Positions 54,760 to 64,000 of a DNA stretch of 64,000 nucleotides are shown here, one piece after another (positions within the stretch are counted from its first letter, which is position 1; the number at the start of each line of letters is the position of its first letter). Source of the stretch: Blastocystis sp. Blastoise (taxonomy: Eukaryota; Protista; Bigyra: Opalinata); assembly GCA_039096225.1 (NCBI GenBank), contig JBBPEB010000007.1:1-64000 (forward strand), given 5' to 3'. Under the pieces are notes generated by a model. The model saw only the letters and a program-made list of their open reading frames with translations. It had not been told where the DNA came from and did no database searches. Made by a program: the position numbers and the translations under genes.

Positions 54760-57700
54760 TTATATTTCTTTCTTTGTATTCCTTTCTTCATTCACTAACT
54801 TATAATATCGCTCTCTTGTAATATCTGCAAGTGAATTCGTTGTATATTTCCTTTTGCTTCCAGTATTTGTATTGATAGTTTGCATGGTTTGCATGCTTTC
54901 TAAAGGTGTATAGCCTAGTCCATGTCTATTTATAAAATGATATATTGATTAGTATTCATTGAATAATAAATTATGAATAAATAATAGTATTAATGTATAA
55001 GAATAATATTAATAATAAGAATAATAGTATTAATATATAATAATAAAATAATATATAACAATAAGAATAATAGTTAAATATATGATAATAAGAATAATAG
55101 TATTAATATATAATAATAGTATTAATATATAATATATAACAATAAGAATAATATATAATAATAAGAATAATTATTATTATAATCATTATAATCATTATAA
55201 TATACCTATTCATTTCAACAACTGGATTAATTGAATATTCAGGTATGTGAACAGAGTTATTTTGTATTTCTTTCGATTTCGATTTCCATCCCATTTTATT
55301 TAATATTATTTCACCTGGTGAAGGATCCATCTTCTTATTTCTATATACATAGAATTCTATATAAATGATATTAAAATCATACGATATGACTGTAGAAGAA
55401 GGCAAAATATCTTCTAGTATTTGAGTTCTAAAGAAATAGAATAATTATAATCTGTTAGCATCATAAATGTATATATACATATATAGTATCTAAAACAATT
55501 TTCTTAATATAATTAGATAAAATAATACTTATATTTCTTTTGTTTTCCTTCTTCTAAATAGGCCTCTGAGAGAGTGTCCCAGAACTTATTATTTGGCTGA
55601 AATGAGCTGACATATACTGATTTAGCTTCTAGAAAAAATATATTATAATTATTGATAAATTTGAATTATATTGTGACTACAATAATAGTAGCATTCATAT
55701 AAGTATATAGAATTCAAATATTTCTAAAATAACTATCATTTATACCTGATATATCTGTTTCTATTGGACTATTTAAAGACACTATAAACTGACACTATAT
55801 ATAAATATATAATAACAATATATATAGATATATTATAATATATATATATATATAGATATAATAACAATATATATATATATATACATTTCCAATATCTAGA
55901 ATATCTCCATGATTTAATTTTGTTGGATTTCTATATATATATATAATTATTATTCACATAAAATATATATATATGTATATAATTATTATTCACATAAAAT
56001 ACATATATATATATACATGCACAGTTGTTTGTTAATATATATATTGTTATATGATGAGAGAGGTGTTAATAAATAATATTCATCATAAACATTAGTGTTT
56101 CGTTGAAAGATCACATACACGTGATCATCATGTGGATAGATAAACATAGAAGATCGAAAGAACAGAGCTCTTGTCAAATCGACTTCTTTTGAAAGAACTA
56201 GAGATATTGAATGGAGAGGAACTGAAGGAGACTCAGGCAAAGAAAGCAAAGAACTCACAGATAGTTTCTCTAGTTTCTCCTTTTCTTCTAGATATCCACA
56301 CAGATCGCTTTGTGTTTCATTTAAAGAACACTGTTTCGAAATAATTAAATGTTTTTTTGATATTTTTGAATCATACAAAATGATTGTGTTACCACTTTCT
56401 GAACCAATTGAAACTTCACTTGTATCTTTATTTATATAAACATTTTTATTGTATTATTAAATACATGTATCACATAAATTATAAATATATTGAATATGAT
56501 ATTGAATAATAATAAATATATATACCATCAAATAAATCAAAGATCTCACCTTTTTTAATATTTCTACTTTGAAGGCAAGTGAGAATACATCTTTGATGAT
56601 TAATATGAATATTATTTTGTGTCATTATTGATTTATTATACAAATATAAAGGATTATAGCCAAGAATAGTATGTCGAGAAGCCTGTAAATAATCATGAAG
56701 AAAAACATAATCTAGAATATATACATATATATAGAATCCTTATTATAGTATATAGAATAATATATTATTTTTAATTATAATGGCATTTGGAATATATATA
56801 TATATATAGAATTCATTCTATATTATAAATGAATATATATACCTGAATCAAAGTCCATAATAAATGATGTTTCTGGAATACAATAAACACCTTGTTTATA
56901 TTCTTGAATTATAGAGAATAAGGAGGAATAACAAGAAAGATCCATATATTTATTATATAGATCAATAAACTTATCATCTAGATATATATGTATATTATTT
57001 ATCATTATATTTATTATATTTATCATATTTATCATATTTATCATATTTATTATATTTATCATATTTATCATATTTATCATATTTATCATTATATTTATCA
57101 TATTTATCATTATATTTATCATATTTATCATATTTATCATATTTATCATATTTATCATATTTATTATATAATAAATTATTGTTATCAAAAATAATAATGA
57201 GATATAGAATCAAGTATACAGCATTCATACCTTCATCAATAAGACCAGGAGGAACACAATCATGTAGAAATAACACACTATCATCATATATCTTCCATTT
57301 TGATAATAAATCGAATAATTCACAAATTTCCTCATGACCCGATTTTCTTGCAGTAACCTAAATACATATATTTTACATAATTCTTATATATGTATATATA
57401 TACTTCTGGAGTCTCATCATAAGAGTTCTTTTCGGTAATTGACGAACCATATAAAAGAAGTAATCCAATAATATCTATTTTACCTTCATAACATGCTATA
57501 TGTAATGCATTACAATTGAATATATCCTAAAAGATCAAATTAAATCATAACACACAAATAAAAGAAAAACATATTGTTATACACTATCATTGGGATCGCT
57601 TCCAAGGAAAACCAGTATTTTTGCAAGCAAACATTTATTGTGTGATATTGCACTGAGTAGCAACGTTCTATTCTAAAATATTATATTCTCATGACACTCA

Positions 57701-57884
57701 TAAATCATTTATTTACTTTATTAGCAGGATCTTTCAACTTTAGAGGGTATGGACATGGATAAAAAATATAATTTAAATAAGAATAAGGATCATCTGTTTC
57801 CAGATTTAGTATTGAGTGATATCTATTGATAGTTTCATCAATATTAAATAGTGGATCATCAAAATCTATTTCTTTTATACTCAT
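54760..57884 (-). CDS. Ankyrin repeats + FHA + G-patch protein (AGGF1-like C-terminal half), multi-exon
   Basis: NALHIACYEG ankyrin; IGSESGNTIILYDSKISKKH...LNHGDILDIG FHA; GEIILNKMGW...RHGLGY G-patch; terminal TRERY. Confidence 0.7.
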
Positions 57885-58082
57885 TTATACTCTATTTTAA
57901 AGTTTTTTGAAAGAATAAAAATAAATTTATTTATTCATGTAACTAAAATAAAATTGAAATGTTATTTGTTAAAATTAAATATGATGTTCAACCCATCTAA
58001 CAACTTGAAATAAATAAATATAATAAACAATACTCACTTATTAAAAATATATAGTAAAAATTTTAAAATAAAACGAAAAATA

Positions 58083-58155
58083 TGGTCAATCCGGGGGTCG
58101 AACCCGGGACCTTTCGCGTGTAAAGCGAACGTGATAACCACTACACTAACCGGCC
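58083..58155 (-). tRNA. tRNA-Val(TAC)
   Basis: GGCCGGTTAGTGTAGTGGTTATCACGTTCGCTT-TAC-ACGCGAA...GGTTCGACCCCCGGATTGACCA. Confidence 0.97.
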
Positions 58156-58962
58156 ATATGATTATTTCTGTATTCCCATCTATCTGAGAAAGTAAGGCTT
58201 CTTCTTTGTATCTACTAGAAATACTTATTTCAAGAACTATATATTTAGTAGACTACATAAAATATATCAATATTCACTTGGTTTATGTTATTGAAATAGA
58301 TTCATCTCAAATATAAAATTCATCTATAATTTGTACAAGAAATAGTACTTATATATACTGTTACATTTCTCTTTTCAATACTATTTTATTCTTTTGGATT
58401 AATTGATAAAAACCACATATATAATACAATAGATACTCTATTTTACATAATAGCAAATAATATAAAGCTAAATGTTATATTAAAAATTATATATATATAA
58501 TAATATTTTCAATAATAAAACATAGATAGAAGGTAATCAATGATTGAATTGATCAGTATATAGTAGATAAATGTAACATTTTAATAGCAGTTATTCATAT
58601 TCTATGAATAATGGTATCCTGTTCAGAATAATCATTAATGTATACTATTCTATGTCAAATAATAATATGATTAATTCTTGAATAAAACAATAATATTGTT
58701 TAATAGAAATAGAATAATGGTAATAGAAAAGAATAATTTATAAGTATGTTTTGAAGGTATTCAACAATACCAAGAATGTGATTTTACACATGTTTTTCTG
58801 TTTAAAAGTCTTTAACTCATTAATGAATAATAAACGAAACAGCAATAATCATTTAATATATATATATAACATAGAATAAGAAATAAATAGAGAACAATAA
58901 AAATAGAGAGAACTTATGAAATGAATGTATGATTTTATAATAAAGACACTAATGGAAAGCAA

Positions 58963-61304
<2,342 letters not shown>

Positions 61305-61709
61305 TATAAAAAGTTATAGACAAAATTATTTAAAAAAGAAAAAAAATTTTGATCCTGGGAAAATCATATGAATTGATTAAAAAATGAGAATAATCTTAAT
61401 TTAGTATTGAATTGGTTTTATTTTTGTTATTGTTGGAATGATACAGTAATATAGCATAGAATTACTTTGATAATTATGAATGATGTTTATAAAACAAAAA
61501 TCAATATAAATTTAAAGAAATAGTAATGAAGAATAATGATAGAGTTGACATAATCAACAAGAAATAGAGGATTACTAGAATACAAATATATGAAATGATG
61601 ATGAATAGCAAAAATAAAGTTATATGTAAAGAAGAAGAAAAGAAAAGGAAAAAAAAAGGAAAAAAAAACAATAAAGAAAACACAGATACAAGTTGATCGA
61701 TATATTTCA

Positions 61710-62377
61710 TTAGCATTCAATAGAATGAGTTTCATTTTGATTTTTATTTTGATCTTCTTCATCTTCTTCATTTTCTTCAATAGTTTCATTCATATCATTA
61801 TTATTAGTATCTGGTTTAGACAATAAAGACAATGGAGGGTATGTTTGAGGATCTACGGGTAAAAACACAAAACGTTCTTCTTCACAACAATTCGCTTTAG
61901 GAGTAATTCGAATTAATGTATGTAAGGGAATTGGAAGGTAAAAGGAATATTAAGGATATTATTGTATATAGAGAATAGATAGAAATATATATGTATATTG
62001 GATATAATAAAAAAGTATAATGGAATATATTTATAGATATATATATAAAGTATACTAAATATGATATATACATGTACATAGAGGAATAGAGAGAATATAT
62101 ATATTTAAATGGATATATAAGGTATTTCTTCTTTTGGTTTATCAATAAAATAAGCAAGAAGACAACGTAAGGTAGCTTGATGAGATACCACAATAGTAGG
62201 CTTTGTTGTTCTCTCTAATTCAAATATAACTGGCTCTAATCTCTCAATTAAATCATTATAACTCTCTCCTTGAGGATATCTGAAATTGAGTTTATCTTTC
62301 TTTCGTTGAGAGGATAAATCTGGATATTTAACTCCCATCTATATATTATATGTATTATAAATAATAATAAAAATAAT

Positions 62378-62413
<36 letters not shown>

Positions 62414-64000
62414 TTCAGCATAAGTAAGATCTTCACATATACCAGCATCAATTTCATTTAATGCACTCCATTTAACACGGGAATAACACTCTATTTGTTC
62501 TGCTGTTTGAATAGTACGTCGTAATTTACTGGTCCAAACAGCTAATTTATTAGGATCACATTCCTCTAAGGTAGATATATATCTATATATATATATATAT
62601 ATTATTATTCAAAGATATTATATATTTATCTCTTGTTTACAATAAGAATATATGTAACTATTATAATGTTACTCTATATAAATACTTGGCAAGTTCTCTT
62701 GCATATTGTTGGCCATAGAGAGACAGCATACTATCTCCTCCTATTCTATCTTCCAGATTATAGGTAGTTTGACCGTGACGTGTTATATAGATAGGATGAG
62801 GGGCAGGATGAAGATTCTATATATATATATATATATTACGGTTTATATATATATTTAGACAATAAAATTATATATATATCTAAATAATTCATAAAGAATA
62901 AAAAATAAAATAGCAGTAATACACATAAATATATATATATATATATATTCATACAATAACAAGAGAGATAATATTAGTAGCTAAATAACCACGGATATTA
63001 TTGAGAATAAATCGTTTTCGTTTTTGTTCGCTCATATCATATATACAATAACTACGGTTAACTTCTTCATTATTATCTAAGGATTGATATCTATATATAT
63101 ATATTATTGAATATAATCAATAAGAAATATAAAGAAATAAAATGATATATATAATAATAAATATATATATAATATATATTAATAAATATATAAATAATAA
63201 AATATAATAGAATAATAATATAAAAATAAACATAAGAACACAATATATACACATCATAATAATATTGTGCTTTCTTTTCGAATTTCTGTAAGGCTTCTTC
63301 TTCATCTAAACCTAAATATTCAACGGAATCCAATTTCTCCTCACGGAATTTCGTACGACGCAATTCAGGATCATTCAGTTGCATTTCAATCCATAAAGGA
63401 GCATGACAATTTGGCTATTTATTATATTATTATATATTTATTATCATTATTAAAAATATTTATTAAAATAATACTTATTAAAATAATACTTATTATCATT
63501 ATTATTATAATTATAATTATCATTAAAAATATTTTTACATATAAAACAGTATAAAAATAAAATATATACTTCATCTAGAATTCGTTGTTCTATTCGATCA
63601 CGATCTACTTTACGAACACTAGAATTATCAAGAATAGCTACTTGACCTCCAGTATTCAAATATCTGAATATATCATTCAACGTACAATCTTCAATTGCTT
63701 CACGTATCTTTAAAGCTTCTTCATTTTTATAATCAAAAAATTCTGCAGGAACAACAGCATATTGAGGAAATTTAGTTTTACGAGTCTCATTAACAGTAAA
63801 TACTTGACATCGATATCCTTTCCAATTCAAAAATCGTCTAATTTTCTGAGCAATGAATGTTTTACCACAACCAATGACTCCACACATACAAATAACTAAT
63901 TTTACACCATCATCTAGAGATATAACTCCACCTAATCCAGGAACACCATATCGTGTACCAGTTTCTTCTTCAAGTGTTCGAGATCGTCGACGACGAGTTG
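61710..64000 (-). CDS. PFKFB: 6-phosphofructo-2-kinase/fructose-2,6-bisphosphatase (5' end outside window)
   Basis: MCGVIGCGKT, GGQVAILD, ITRHGQT, RIGGDS, VWTSKLRRT, LNEIDAG, RYPQGESYNDL..RLEPVIFELER. Confidence 0.93.

Overview
Extremely AT-rich, intron-rich eukaryotic nuclear DNA using the standard genetic code. The gene families and composition recall an AT-rich Blastocystis-like stramenopile, but that is my inference and is not verified. The window looks like the left end of a chromosome read inward. (i) 1-6.56 kb: two diverged ~3.3-3.4 kb subtelomeric units, each ending in T9 + (CCCTAA/CCTAA)n. Each unit carries two tRNA-like cloverleaves whose anticodon arm is replaced by (TA)n, a CCAAT/telo-box/palindrome promoter-like array, and a spliced telomere-directed transcript with a conserved hairpin and a conserved ~20-aa basic micro-ORF. 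(ii) 6.56-7.6 kb: an ~88-bp satellite with ~354-bp higher-order structure, followed by a ~2.3-kb near-pure AT tract (centromere candidate). (iii) ~12-31 kb: an accessory/decay zone with pseudogenes (RGS-like, RhoGAP-like, glycosyltransferase-like), a BTB-TLDc gene, and a 15-exon LRR-like gene in which all introns are phase 1, bounded at its 5' end by a 1.7-kb TIR DNA element. (iv) 31-64 kb: housekeeping core with an intronless divergent UPF1, RTF2, COG4-like, APN1, ALG11, TRAPPC5, two more BTB-TLDc genes, tRNA-Ile, PYCR, ankyrin-FHA-G-patch (AGGF1-like), tRNA-Val, RUVBL1 and a partial PFKFB. The best candidate for an undescribed system is the subtelomeric unit. Exon boundaries were traced by eye and pseudogene limits are approximate.
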